From Collinsella sp. (GTDB lineage: Bacteria > Actinomycetota > Coriobacteriia > Coriobacteriales > Coriobacteriaceae), in NCBI GenBank assembly GCA_019425005.1, contig JAHYYK010000004.1:626-64625 (forward strand): a stretch of 64,000 nucleotides of DNA, written 5' to 3'. The position numbers and the translations under genes are program-made. How positions within the stretch are numbered: position 1 is the first letter of the stretch; every line of letters starts with the position of its first letter. The notes beneath the pieces were generated by a model that worked only from the letters and a program-made list of their open reading frames with translations, made no database searches and was not told the DNA's origin. Positions 30,140 to 40,099 of this stretch are shown one piece after another.

Positions 30140-31465
30140 TTACCTCCCGTTCGGGCTCGCGCCCGTCTGGGCGTTCTGGGTATTGCCGCCGTCCTGCGGG
30201 GACGGCTGACCGCCTTGGGTGACGTTGAGCGGGACGATCACCTCGTCACCGTCATCCTTGGCGGGAAGGTTGAGCTTACGTCGGCCCTCGTTCAGGGACA
30301 TGAACGGTCGACCGGTCGCCGTACTCAACGCCTTGTATTGTTCGCTGGGGGTACCCCGCAGCTGCGCGTCCATGTTCGCGAGGATGAAGACATCCTCCTC
30401 GCCGACCGCCTTGGGGATGACCTGATTCAGCTGCTGCTCGAGCTGGACAACGTATGGGGACAGCTCGACATTCCAAAGCTGGTCCTTGTAGGCCTCCACG
30501 CTCGACTTGTTGCCCGTGCGGATGCCGACATTCTCGGGTGAGATGTGGTATGCGTTGCACACCGCGATGCCGATTCGGTCGCGTGCGTCGAGGTCGGCCA
30601 TGTCGACGGGCTTGAAAGCGTCGACCGTGACGATCTCCATGCCGTCCTCGAGCAGGGGCCAGCCGCCGTCCTTGCCGCCGCCCTTGCGGTAGGCGCGCAT
30701 ACCCTGGATGAAGTCATTCCGCGCATTCTCGCTCGCCCACGGCATACCGGCGGGTCGCTTGACGTAGGCGGGGATGCGACCGCCGTTCTGGGCGATGAAG
30801 CGGCGGTAGCTCGCCAGCTCGCGCGCCTCGGTGAGCAGCGGCCCCAAGGCGCCGGACATGGGCTTGGGGTTGCCGACCGCACCGGGATAGCCGAGCGACA
30901 GCAGGACGTTCTTGTTCGGCAGCTCGTAGTTGACCTGACCGTTCGGCAGGCTGATCTGGACGCCAGTCGGCTCCGCGAGCGCGTTATATTGCACGGAATA
31001 AGTGCCGTACGGGATGCGGCGCAGGCGGTAGTCGTAGTCCTTGTCCATGGTCAGCAGCATCAGCCACTGGTCGTTGAGCATCATGTCGACCACCAGCGAG
31101 TGGATGAGACGGTAACGGGTCTCGTTCGCAACGTAGCTCGGGTCGGCGATGAGCTTGCCGATTTCCGAATTGGGTGCCTCCTCGCGGTCGCCGTTGGGCT
31201 TAACGCGGTAGGCGTGGAACGGGAGCGCCGCGATCTTACTCGCCACGAAATCGACCACCATACGCACGCTGTACTCGGCGGCCCACAGGTCGCGGCGGTC
31301 GTAATCGCCGAATGCGATGTCCTCGAGCAAGCCTGGGGGAATCATCGGCGCGTACGGAACAGCGTGCTGCGCGGTGGTCTCGGGCTGTCCGGCGGCATTC
31401 TCGGCAGTCTCGGATTTGCCCGTGAAGCCATCGTAAGCCGCCCTGATGCGGTCGGAAAAGCGCAT
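30140..31465 (-). CDS. Portal protein (HK97 family)
   Basis: VASKIAALP, LLEDGM, MSLNEGR motifs; follows terL. Confidence 0.9.
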   Translation of the reverse strand: MRFSDRIRAAYDGFTGKSETAENAAGQPETTAQHAVPYAPMIPPGLLEDIAFGDYDRRDLWAAEYSVRMVVDFVASKIAALPFHAYRVKPNGDREEAPNSEIGKLIADPSYVANETRYRLIHSLVVDMMLNDQWLMLLTMDKDYDYRLRRIPYGTYSVQYNALAEPTGVQISLPNGQVNYELPNKNVLLSLGYPGAVGNPKPMSGALGPLLTEARELASYRRFIAQNGGRIPAYVKRPAGMPWASENARNDFIQGMRAYRKGGGKDGGWPLLEDGMEIVTVDAFKPVDMADLDARDRIGIAVCNAYHISPENVGIRTGNKSSVEAYKDQLWNVELSPYVVQLEQQLNQVIPKAVGEEDVFILANMDAQLRGTPSEQYKALSTATGRPFMSLNEGRRKLNLPAKDDGDEVIVPLNVTQGGQPSPQDGGNTQNAQTGASPNGR

Positions 31466-31475
31466 GTGTCAGCTC

Positions 31476-33059
31476 CTAGATAATCGTCAGCGGATAGGGC
31501 GAAGGCTTGGCCTTGGGCTTAGGTCGCTCGCAGTTGCGCAGCGCCCAGAGCGCCTCGCTCGCGGCGACAACCGCCGAGATCTGCCCCTGCGATGCCCTGC
31601 GCATCCAGACATCGACCTCGCCGAGCTTTCGCGTCACGGCGCACTTGAGCTGCTGCGTGAGGACCGGCTGGTCGGTGTGGCGGATGGTCCCGTCGAGTAC
31701 CGCATCCTTGAAGCTGCCTGCTACGGAGCCGAGCTTGCTGCCCTCGATGGCATGGACCGTCCATCCTTCTTCCTCAAGCATGTCGCGGAAGTCCCCCGCA
31801 GGGCATCCCTTCGACTGAAGCGCGACCTCGTCGATGCCCCATGCCTCCTGCACGGACTTGAGGTACTTCGGCACCCACAGGTTGCCGTCACGGCGGGCGA
31901 TGACCTCGACATGATCAAGGCCGTCGCCCCTCGCGCCGGCAACCGCGATGTAGGTTGTCTTGCGGTCCTCGCTGGTGTCGATGGCGAGCACGACGCGCTC
32001 GTCCTCGGGGATTCTACTGTCGTTGTCCGTGAGCGACTCCCATGTCTCGACATCCACGTAGGGGGTGACGTCAGCCGTGACCCACTGGCACAGGACCTCG
32101 GTACGGAAGGCCGCCTCGGTCATGCCGTCGATGTCGGATTTGAGCGATTTGAGCGTCATGCCGCCGTAGCCGCACGAGGGGTTCGCCTGCAGGAGATCCT
32201 CGTCGCTGTCCAGCTCGCAGCCGTCACGGCCCGACCACTCGAAGATGCCGATCGCGTTGTCGTGCTTGTCGGCCCACTCGAACGGGTCCATGCCGCGCTT
32301 CTCGACGAGCTTCTCCCAGCTGGCGACCACCTTGAGCGCGGCCTTGCGCTGGGCGGCGAGGACGACCGACTTCGCATCGCCGGCGTTGGATATTCCCCAG
32401 AGCTGACCGCTCCAAAAGGATTTCGTGGTCTGCGAGGTGGCGTTCCACGCGACCCAGTTCTCCTGCTCGCGCAGCTCGTCCATGAGGACGCGGGCGGCGG
32501 GCTTGCCGCGGGCGTTCTTGGCGGCACGGATCTCGTAGTGTGCCAGCGACGCCGCCTGGATGTACTCCTTGCCGTTGGTGTCCGAGACCTTGTTGGTCGC
32601 CTCCTGCAAATCGGCTATCGCGACTTCCGATTCCGCCTCGCTCGGCGGCTCCGGGTTGCACCACAGGCGAACCTGCGACCAAGGCTCGCGCGCGATGTCG
32701 AGGTTCTGGGCGGTGCCGACGATCTTGAACTTCACGGGAGGTACCCGCTCGGGGTGGCGCTGAGAGTCGACGAACAGCCACCAGCTGGAAAGCACGCTGG
32801 CGAGCATCGTCTTGCCGTTCTGTCGCGCCACGAGGACGATGACCTTCTTGAAGCGGTAGCTGCCGTCCTCGTTCAGCTCGAGTGCGTGGATGAGCAACCA
32901 CTTCTGCCACGGTCGCAGCTCCACGTGGAGCACCTCGCGGGCGTAGTCGATGACCTCGAATCCCAGCGAGGTCTCGGGCGTGAGCTCGCGCAAGGGCTTG
33001 GTCCAGATTCGCGGCTCGGCGTAACCTTTCTTGTCTACCTTGACGTAGAGGGTGTCCAT
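31476..33059 (-). CDS. Terminase large subunit
   Basis: LRPWQ, VARQNGKT Walker A, VLMDE Walker B, ANPS. Confidence 0.93.
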   Translation of the reverse strand: MDTLYVKVDKKGYAEPRIWTKPLRELTPETSLGFEVIDYAREVLHVELRPWQKWLLIHALELNEDGSYRFKKVIVLVARQNGKTMLASVLSSWWLFVDSQRHPERVPPVKFKIVGTAQNLDIAREPWSQVRLWCNPEPPSEAESEVAIADLQEATNKVSDTNGKEYIQAASLAHYEIRAAKNARGKPAARVLMDELREQENWVAWNATSQTTKSFWSGQLWGISNAGDAKSVVLAAQRKAALKVVASWEKLVEKRGMDPFEWADKHDNAIGIFEWSGRDGCELDSDEDLLQANPSCGYGGMTLKSLKSDIDGMTEAAFRTEVLCQWVTADVTPYVDVETWESLTDNDSRIPEDERVVLAIDTSEDRKTTYIAVAGARGDGLDHVEVIARRDGNLWVPKYLKSVQEAWGIDEVALQSKGCPAGDFRDMLEEEGWTVHAIEGSKLGSVAGSFKDAVLDGTIRHTDQPVLTQQLKCAVTRKLGEVDVWMRRASQGQISAVVAASEALWALRNCERPKPKAKPSPYPLTII

Positions 33060-33397
33060 CAGCCGTTCACGACCTTGAAGCCGGAGGTGAATGCCGCCAG
33101 CGAGCTCGACTTCTTCTTCTGCGGCTTGGCCTTGATGGACTTGTCGCAGCTCGGGTTGAGCTTAAGCGCGTCCAGGACTTTCAGGTACTGGCTCACGGTG
33201 GTCGTGTCGGGCTTGTCGGCGGCGTTTATCCAGTCGTGTTGCTCAAGCTTATCGAGCTTCTGCGCCAAAGACCGCCCCAGACGGACTGTAGCTATGAATT
33301 TCGGGGCGATATTGCCGTACTGGTCTCTCAGCCAGTCGGCGTGCAAAACGGCATCTTCAAACGTCTCTGAGAAGCCTTTAAGTTCATCCAACTTCAT
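33059..33397 (-). CDS. Terminase small subunit
   Basis: Coupled directly upstream of terL; YLKVLDALKLNP. Confidence 0.75.
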   Translation of the reverse strand: MKLDELKGFSETFEDAVLHADWLRDQYGNIAPKFIATVRLGRSLAQKLDKLEQHDWINAADKPDTTTVSQYLKVLDALKLNPSCDKSIKAKPQKKKSSSLAAFTSGFKVVNG

Positions 33398-33567
33398 CCA
33401 AAATCACCTCGTCCGCCGGCTTTTCGGGGCATCTACCCCGAACATCAATCAAAAACACACCTCTACCTGCGGGTTTTCCAAATCGAAAATGCGGGGAGAG
33501 AGGAAGAAGGCACACGCGGATGGTAGTCCGCCAAACCCGCAGGTAGATCGCTTACCGCCCCTCCCCC

Positions 33568-33879
33568 TCAGTCCGCTGTCCACTTGCGGCTCAGCACCCC
33601 CAGGCTCACGGGCGGCTCGCCGGTGCCTCGTCTCGAGTTGCACGCGAAATGTGCGGGCTCGAAGTTCGCCGGGTCTTCCTGCAGGTCCGGTCGCTTGCTC
33701 ACGGGCACGCGGTGGTCCAGTGTCAGCGAGTCGGCGGTCGTGCCGGGGTCCGCCGAGTAGTCGATGGGCTGGCCGCACAGCCAGCACACCGGGCGCTCGG
33801 CCTGGCACCTGGCGAAGAACTCCGCCTTGAGCCTGTGGAACCTGCGCGTCTGCACGCGGCCCGCGCTGTTTCCTCCCAT
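33568..33879 (-). CDS. Packaging-associated HNH endonuclease
   Basis: CWLCGQPID, DHRVP, AHFACNSRRG; upstream of terS. Confidence 0.88.
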   Translation of the reverse strand: MGGNSAGRVQTRRFHRLKAEFFARCQAERPVCWLCGQPIDYSADPGTTADSLTLDHRVPVSKRPDLQEDPANFEPAHFACNSRRGTGEPPVSLGVLSRKWTAD

Positions 33880-33898
33880 TGCCTGTATCCCTTCCCTC

Positions 33899-34348
33899 TC
33901 ATCTGTCTGTGCCAATAGTCGCGGTGCCGTCCCCCGAATCGAAGCCGATGCACTCGACGCGGACGTAGATTCCCTGCGGGTCCGACCATCCCTTGGTCAG
34001 GTCGTGCGAGCAGATGAGCGAGTCGTCCCTGATCACCCCGCATCTGGTCAGGCAGTCCTCGAGCGTCTTCAGCAGGTTGCTGGTGTCCGGCTTCGTGAGG
34101 TGCGGCTCGCCCTGCCGGTGGTCGCCGGTCACGTGGAAGCACCAAGTCACGTGCAGCCTCAGCGCACCGCCGAGCGGCTTGTCCGGCACGCCCTTGGCGA
34201 CTATGCGCGCGATGATCCTGTCCTCGGCCTCCTTCAGCTCGTCGGACTTGCGGATGCTCGGCTTGCCCTTGCGCATGAACGGCTCAAGGTCGTTGTGCGT
34301 GACGGTGGGCACGGGCATGGCGAGAAACGCCGACCACTCGCCTGCCAT
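33899..34348 (-). CDS. RusA-family Holliday junction resolvase
   Basis: KPDTSNLLKTLEDCL...DD. Confidence 0.88.
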   Translation of the reverse strand: MAGEWSAFLAMPVPTVTHNDLEPFMRKGKPSIRKSDELKEAEDRIIARIVAKGVPDKPLGGALRLHVTWCFHVTGDHRQGEPHLTKPDTSNLLKTLEDCLTRCGVIRDDSLICSHDLTKGWSDPQGIYVRVECIGFDSGDGTATIGTDR

Positions 34349-34470
34349 CAGCAAAGCCCCCTGATTTGCGCGAGCACGGCGAGACAGCCCCACAGGATGA
34401 GCAGCAGCCCCAGCGTGACCAGTGCCAGCGCGACCAGATAGCCGACGAATGTCCATGGGTCGAATTTCAT
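34348..34470 (-). CDS. Small membrane protein (40 aa)
   Basis: MKFDPWTFVGYLVALALVTLGLLLILWGCLAVLAQIRGLC; TGATG-coupled to the RusA gene. Confidence 0.6.
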   Translation of the reverse strand: MKFDPWTFVGYLVALALVTLGLLLILWGCLAVLAQIRGLC

Positions 34471-34536
34471 AGCGAACCCCTCTCGTTTGATTCAGTTGTC
34501 GAAAATTTTGAAAAGCGGCGAAACGCGGAATTCCCG

Positions 34537-34750
34537 TTTACACCGCGGGGGGGGTTGCGTGCAGACCGTCAGCCACAGCGCACGAGTGCGGGCGCGGCTT
34601 TAGCCCGCACGCACGTGTCTGCACTCAGCCCCTTGGGGTGTAGGGTGTAAATCCCTATTACGTAGTAATAGGTTTACACCCCCTTTTTTTACACCCTTGT
34701 AAACCCGTAAAAACTAGGCTTTACACCCCGTGGGTTATTTAATTTAATAC
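34537..34750. other. Putative phage replication origin with iterons
   Basis: TTTACACC at 34537, 34673, 34688 and 34720, inverted copy near 34643, palindrome and AT-rich tract directly after the primase-helicase gene. Confidence 0.65.
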
Positions 34751-37060
34751 CTATTCAGAAAGATCGATTTCACCGTCGAAATCAAGCGCCTGGTTGTTCC
34801 TGTCGTAAAGAATGTCGGTGTCTTCCTTGACTCGGAACGGGCTCCAGTTCGCCTTTTCTCCTGTGGCGTATTTGAGCGCCCCTTCATTAAAAGGCTTGCC
34901 GTTAATTTTCACGTCGCCGATGCGCTCCAGCACGTTCACCCTTGTTGGCTTCACTCCGTCCTCGACACACTGCTCCATAGCTTCGCGGATCAAGTCGATC
35001 TTCTGCTGCTGCACCGACTTGCAGGCCTTTTTCGCAGCTTCTTGTCCCTTCGTCCATTTAGCCCTCGGGTCGTACTCGCCCTCGCATTTCAGGTCCGCCA
35101 AGGCACCCGTCTCATCCGGCAGGTGCACCGGATACTCGAACCACAGGTTCTTCGGCTTGAAGCTGCGGAACTCGCGAAGCGTGCCCTCGATGCGCCATGC
35201 CGCCCACCCGCGCGACGATTCCTGCAGATTCTCGTGGATGGATTCCAGCTCGCGGCGCAACTCGATTGGTGCGCCGTTGGCGGGCTCGTTCGCCCACTTC
35301 TGCAAATCGTCCGCCGAGTCGATGCCGACGAACTTCTCATCGGAGCGCCATTCAGGCAGGTATTTGTCGAAAGCAGCCCATATGGCGTGCTGCCTGCGCC
35401 AGTCGTAGTGCGCCTTGGTGCACTCGTCGGTCAATTCCAACGCTGTCATGTCAAGCAGCGCATCGGGGTCTCGCGCGAAAACGCCCGAGCCGGACGCGCG
35501 GTCCATGGAGCGTTTCTGTCCCTGCAGGCCCTTGGAATGGTGGTGGCAGTAGATGACCGCGCAACCGACCTGCTGGGCGACCTTGTCGAACTGGTTGCAG
35601 AACGCCGCCATCTGGTCGGCGCTGTTCTCGTCTCCCGTGATGACCTTGTAGATCGGGTCGATCACCACGGCGATGGGGCGAGTCTTGAGCGCCCGGCGGA
35701 TGAGCGACGGGGCCAGCCTGTCCATCGGCACGGAGCGCCCTCGCAGGTTCCAGATGTCGATGTTCTTCACGTTCTCGGGCGCATAGCCGAGCGCCTTGTA
35801 CACGTCTTTAAAACGATGGAGGCAGCTCGCGGAATCAAGCTCGAGGTTGACGTAGAGCACCCTGCCCTGCGCGCATTCCCAGCCGAACCACGGCTTTCCC
35901 TCGGCGAGCGACACGCACAGCTCGATGAGCGCGAACGACTTGCCCGCCTTGGACGGCCCCGCGAGCAGCATCTTGTGTCCCTGGCGCAGCACTCCGTCAA
36001 TCAACGGAGGCGCGAGCTCCGGCATGTTCTCCCACTCGGATGCCAGGTTCTCGGGGTCGGGCAAATCGTCGGTGGTCTCCTGCATCCAGTCCCACCACTC
36101 GGACCAAGATGCCTTGCCGCACGGCCCGCTCACCAAACGCTGCCGCTCGCCCGAGCGCATGGCACCGGGCATCCTCGACAGGCGGCTCGGGTTCTTGTTC
36201 TGGGTGTCGGGGTCGAGACCGTTCTTGCGGCACACGTCGTACAGGCGCATGACGCGGTCGCGGTACTCGTTGTAGTCGCGGGCGTCGACCTTCACCACGG
36301 CGTGCAGGCTCTTCCTGCCCGAGTCCACGATGGCGGCGCACGGCAGCTGGAGCTCCTGCATGAGCGCCAGCTGCTTCTCCTTGGGAAGCGTGTCGGATTC
36401 GACCAGCGCGTACTTGAACTCGGAGATGTTGGCGTTGCCGACGCCCTTGCCGTCCAGCGGGTTGATGCGGATCCATGCGCCGGCGCGGTCGTCGTAGGAG
36501 CCCAGCGCCTGCTCGATGGAGCCGTGCTTCTTCAGCTCGCGCATCAGCTCGCCGGCGGTGCGCGAGTAGCAGCCCTTCGATTTGGGGAGCCACTTGCCCT
36601 CGCGGTCCCAGCTCTCGCACACGTAGCCGACAATATCGTCCTCGTCGAACAGGTGGCCGAGGTACTCGACGAGCTCCTCGGGACCGGTCTTGTCGGTCTC
36701 GGGCAGCTCGACCGGCTCCACCCATGACGGGTCGATGAGTGCGGTCGAGATCTCGCCGTCCCACGACAGCGCCTCGCCCATTCCCTGGGACATGCGCGGC
36801 GGGACCCATCCGCGCTCGGTCGCCATCTTGGCGAGCGTGCCGGATTTGACTCTGGTCTGCCCCGAGCCGAATCCGCGCCATTTTCGCTCGCACTCGCCCT
36901 CGTGGTACCTGCCGGCGTCCCTGCGGCTCCATTCGTCCCACGCATCGAGCGGAAGCCCGCTCTCGTGGAGCGCCATGCCGACGTCAAGCCATTCCTGGTA
37001 GTTGAGTGTTGACGGGTCGATTGCCGAGAGCGCGTCCAGAAGGTCGCTGTGGTCTTCCAT
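34751..37060 (-). CDS. Primase-helicase (PriCT-2-like + AAA_25/RepA-like)
   Basis: YQEWLDVGMALH, LAGPSKAGKS, VVIDP, HHHSKG. Confidence 0.88.
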   Translation of the reverse strand: MEDHSDLLDALSAIDPSTLNYQEWLDVGMALHESGLPLDAWDEWSRRDAGRYHEGECERKWRGFGSGQTRVKSGTLAKMATERGWVPPRMSQGMGEALSWDGEISTALIDPSWVEPVELPETDKTGPEELVEYLGHLFDEDDIVGYVCESWDREGKWLPKSKGCYSRTAGELMRELKKHGSIEQALGSYDDRAGAWIRINPLDGKGVGNANISEFKYALVESDTLPKEKQLALMQELQLPCAAIVDSGRKSLHAVVKVDARDYNEYRDRVMRLYDVCRKNGLDPDTQNKNPSRLSRMPGAMRSGERQRLVSGPCGKASWSEWWDWMQETTDDLPDPENLASEWENMPELAPPLIDGVLRQGHKMLLAGPSKAGKSFALIELCVSLAEGKPWFGWECAQGRVLYVNLELDSASCLHRFKDVYKALGYAPENVKNIDIWNLRGRSVPMDRLAPSLIRRALKTRPIAVVIDPIYKVITGDENSADQMAAFCNQFDKVAQQVGCAVIYCHHHSKGLQGQKRSMDRASGSGVFARDPDALLDMTALELTDECTKAHYDWRRQHAIWAAFDKYLPEWRSDEKFVGIDSADDLQKWANEPANGAPIELRRELESIHENLQESSRGWAAWRIEGTLREFRSFKPKNLWFEYPVHLPDETGALADLKCEGEYDPRAKWTKGQEAAKKACKSVQQQKIDLIREAMEQCVEDGVKPTRVNVLERIGDVKINGKPFNEGALKYATGEKANWSPFRVKEDTDILYDRNNQALDFDGEIDLSE

Positions 37061-38079
37061 CAGCTCTTCTCCTTTCTGTATTTCTTCTTCCTGCACTTTG
37101 GGCAATACTTCCCCCGCGGGCTGAACTTGCTGTAGGTCTCCCCGCATTTCTCGCACACGCCCAGGCCGTAGCTGCGCGTCGCCTTGCGGCCCGATTCGAG
37201 GCACTCGCGGCAGGTGCGCTGCGCCTTGTACTGCGGCCTGTATGTCTTGCCGCAGCACGGGCACTTGCGCGGCCTCAGCTCGGCGGTCACGATCGCCTCG
37301 TTCAGCTTCGCCATGGAGACGGCAGCGCGCAGCGACTCGGCATCGTGGTACGGGATGCCGTGCCTGTTGATGAAAAGCCGCTGCGCCTGCGTGACCATCA
37401 CGAGGTTCTCGGGGTCGAAGTTGGTCATGTCGCGGTCGCCGAACATCACGCTCTCGCCCTTCTGGAGCTTTCGACCGTGGACCTGCTCCCAGATGAGCCG
37501 GTGCTTCGGCTTCCACCATCCGTGGGCGCGGTCGTCGGCATCCTCTTTCGGCACCTTGACCTCGATATAGCCATCCCTGCTCACGCGCTCGGTGCCGATG
37601 GGGCACTCGTTGTGGACTTCATCGCCCTTCTTGAACTGGCACCTGCGGATGTTCGCCAACTTCGCCTCGTCCTTGACGTAGTCGGTCAGCTTCTTGCCCT
37701 TGTTGGGCGGCACGGTGCCCGGCGCGAACCTGCCTCCATATGTGCCCTGCTTCAGGCCCAGCGTCGACTCGCGGTCTTTGAGCTGGGCAACCCTCAACCT
37801 TATATCGAACCTTTTATCGAACTCGTCGATGATCTCGCCCTGGCTGTGACCGGGGACGAATTCCCGCAGGAACTCGTCATACTCCGGGTGTTCCAGCCAA
37901 CGGACGGTGGTGCTCATCAGCTTCACGCCGTGCCTGGACGTGTAGCTCTGTGCCGTCTCGCGCTTCGGTCGGTAGCCGAAAGCGCACTCGAAAGAAGCGA
38001 GAAGATCGTCCCATGAGCGGAATCGCGGGGCCATGTCGAGAAGCCACCTGTGTTCCGCCTTCGTCATGACCCTGCTCAT
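37060..38079 (-). CDS. HNH_3-like endonuclease with C-terminal zinc ribbons
   Basis: PIGTER, KPKHRLIWE...NFDPENL, CxxC pairs. Confidence 0.75.
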   Translation of the reverse strand: MSRVMTKAEHRWLLDMAPRFRSWDDLLASFECAFGYRPKRETAQSYTSRHGVKLMSTTVRWLEHPEYDEFLREFVPGHSQGEIIDEFDKRFDIRLRVAQLKDRESTLGLKQGTYGGRFAPGTVPPNKGKKLTDYVKDEAKLANIRRCQFKKGDEVHNECPIGTERVSRDGYIEVKVPKEDADDRAHGWWKPKHRLIWEQVHGRKLQKGESVMFGDRDMTNFDPENLVMVTQAQRLFINRHGIPYHDAESLRAAVSMAKLNEAIVTAELRPRKCPCCGKTYRPQYKAQRTCRECLESGRKATRSYGLGVCEKCGETYSKFSPRGKYCPKCRKKKYRKEKS

Positions 38080-38084
38080 CGTCT

Positions 38085-38390
38085 TTAGGCCTTCAGCATC
38101 GCGGGGACGCTCGCGAGCTTCGCGCCGACCATCTCGGAGCGCGCGCGGATGATGCCAACGGCGGTGTTGGCGTTCTCGATGGCACGCGCGCCGACGTCTG
38201 AGACGGCCTTCGCGCGGTTGATCTCGCGCTCGATCGCCTCGTCATCGCCGTTGATGTCAAGCGACATCAGGTTGTCCAGCTCCTCGAAGAAGATGCCCTG
38301 CAGCGCGCTCAAGTCGGTCGAGCGCACGGTCTCGTGTCCTGCCATCTGTCTTGTCCTTTCCCTTTCTTTTGCGAGCTCATCGGTCTTCAA
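38085..38390 (-). CDS. Hypothetical phage protein
   Basis: FEELDNL..EREINRAKAV helical protein; coupled to neighbours. Confidence 0.65.
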   Translation of the reverse strand: MKTDELAKERERTRQMAGHETVRSTDLSALQGIFFEELDNLMSLDINGDDEAIEREINRAKAVSDVGARAIENANTAVGIIRARSEMVGAKLASVPAMLKA

Positions 38391-38727
38391 CGCTCTTGCC
38401 GGCGATAATGCGGTCGGCCTTCATCTGCGACTTCAGGCACGGCTCGATCTCCTTGCGCAGCTTGTGCAGGCAGTCGATTGCCTTGTCGATGTCCTTGAGC
38501 GTCGCGCCCTTGACCGCGCACCTCCATAGGTACTTGAAGGCGCAGCACCACCACCAGACGGACATCGTGCTGCACAGCGCCATGGCGGCAGGCCACATGG
38601 AGAGCGCCGACTTCATGGCACGGGAGCACGTGATGAACCCATTGCCCCTGTAGTGCTCGGGACATCCGGCATCCCTTGTCAGCGTTATCTCGTTTTCAGT
38701 CATGTCGACTCCCATCACTTGGCACAT
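38377..38727 (-). CDS. DUF3310-family protein
   Basis: PEHY, FKYLWR..KG..DIDKA. Confidence 0.75.
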   Translation of the reverse strand: MCQVMGVDMTENEITLTRDAGCPEHYRGNGFITCSRAMKSALSMWPAAMALCSTMSVWWWCCAFKYLWRCAVKGATLKDIDKAIDCLHKLRKEIEPCLKSQMKADRIIAGKSVEDR

Positions 38728-39005
38728 CAGCGGTCCTCCCGTGGCGGCAGTCCGATATACGCGGCGATGCTCGCAACGTTTTTCTCGTACTCGGCTACTT
38801 CTTCGTCCGACAGGTTGGGGCCGACGAAATTCCACAGCATCGCGCCGAACCCCTCTAGGAAACCGACGGCGCGAATGGCGTTGCGGCGCTCTTCGGCATT
38901 GTTTTCAACATGCGGTGCTGGAAGCGTGATGTATGGTTCCGTTAATAAAGCCCGATTTGTTTTTCTATCCGCAATCCACTGGTACACATCGGGGTGATCA
39001 CTCAT
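38727..39005 (-). CDS. Hypothetical phage protein
   Basis: Starts MSDHPDVYQW; stop/start overlaps at both ends. Confidence 0.6.
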   Translation of the reverse strand: MSDHPDVYQWIADRKTNRALLTEPYITLPAPHVENNAEERRNAIRAVGFLEGFGAMLWNFVGPNLSDEEVAEYEKNVASIAAYIGLPPREDR

Positions 39006-39175
39006 CGCTCTACCTCCTTCGGCTCCCAGAAATTGCACCTGTTCCACGGCTGGCACTCGTGCGGCAGGTTGTGCCAGCACGTCAGGTACTTGGCATCGAC
39101 CACGGTGCTCTTGACCGTGTGCGGGTTCTTGGCGAACCTGCACGTGGCGCAGCGCTTCCCCACCTGATCTGCCAT
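39002..39175 (-). CDS. Small Cys-rich phage protein (57 aa)
   Basis: MADQVGKRCATCRF...CWH...CNFWE; translationally coupled on both sides. Confidence 0.6.
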   Translation of the reverse strand: MADQVGKRCATCRFAKNPHTVKSTVVDAKYLTCWHNLPHECQPWNRCNFWEPKEVER

Positions 39176-39636
39176 CACATCGCCCCCGTGCTACCGTAGC
39201 CGTCCTCGCCGCGAGAGCTTTCCGGCAGGCTGTCGTACGTTGTAAACACGGCATTGACGAACGGCAGGAACACCAGCTGGGCTATTCGCTCCAGCGGGTA
39301 GACCGTGTAGGGCTCATCGCTCAGGTTCACCAGCTTGCAGCGAATCTCGCCGCGATAGCCGGGGTCGATGATTCCCGGCGCATTTGCGAGCGTGATGCCA
39401 TGGTTGCAGCTGAGTCCCGAGCGAGGTGCCTGGAACGCGAACATGCCCTCCGGCATCGCCAGATGCACTCCCGTGCCGACCCACACCGACTTCCACGGTT
39501 CGATGGTGATTGGGTTGGGAATATTCGCCTTGAGGTCGCACCCGGCGTCTTCCACGCCGTGGGCGTACTTCGGCAAAAGGTCATCGCCGTCAAGCATGAT
39601 CGGCACGACCTTGAGATTAGGTCCTTTGGGATTCAT
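39175..39636 (-). CDS. dut: dUTPase (trimeric)
   Basis: AGCDL, PRSGL, GIIDPGYRGE, RIAQL, RGEDGYGSTG. Confidence 0.95.
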   Translation of the reverse strand: MNPKGPNLKVVPIMLDGDDLLPKYAHGVEDAGCDLKANIPNPITIEPWKSVWVGTGVHLAMPEGMFAFQAPRSGLSCNHGITLANAPGIIDPGYRGEIRCKLVNLSDEPYTVYPLERIAQLVFLPFVNAVFTTYDSLPESSRGEDGYGSTGAM

Positions 39637-39637
39637 T

Positions 39638-40099
39638 TCATTTCTCCACTTTCTCAAACATTCCGCACGGTTCGTCATCTGATGTTCCGAAAGAGTCGTC
39701 ATATGCTGCCGCCTGGGTTTTTGCAAATATCAACATGTCCACTTCTTGCATGCTCTCGGCACCGTAGAATGCCGGCATTTCCCAAATCTGCTTGTCGCAA
39801 CGGTATGCGCGGCACACCTCGGGGCGTGCGGGATACACGGAGCAGCGATTAGTAGACGTGGTGAGATATGGACAGGTGAGATCAATGCTCCTGTCCATGC
39901 GCTTATGCGGTCTGATTCCATGCTTGATGACATAGGCTGACAGACGCACCATATCGAATGCACTCATTGGAATGAAACGCGAGCAGCATCGACCGCACCC
40001 TTCGCAGCTTCCGTTTGGTGTGTACAGATCTCGGACAGTCTGGGTTTTGCTTAGCGCGTGGTGGTACGCACGCGCGATATTGCTTTCACTGAGGCACAT
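39638..40099 (-). CDS. YkgJ-family Cys-cluster protein
   Basis: CEGCGRCC, CPYL, CSVYPARPEVCR. Confidence 0.85.
   Translation of the reverse strand: MCLSESNIARAYHHALSKTQTVRDLYTPNGSCEGCGRCCSRFIPMSAFDMVRLSAYVIKHGIRPHKRMDRSIDLTCPYLTTSTNRCSVYPARPEVCRAYRCDKQIWEMPAFYGAESMQEVDMLIFAKTQAAAYDDSFGTSDDEPCGMFEKVEK

Noticed and set aside
37061..37606. N-terminal extension of the 951-aa primase ORF
   Set aside because: Overlaps the HNH gene in another frame; the real start is probably ATG 37060, coupled to the upstream stop
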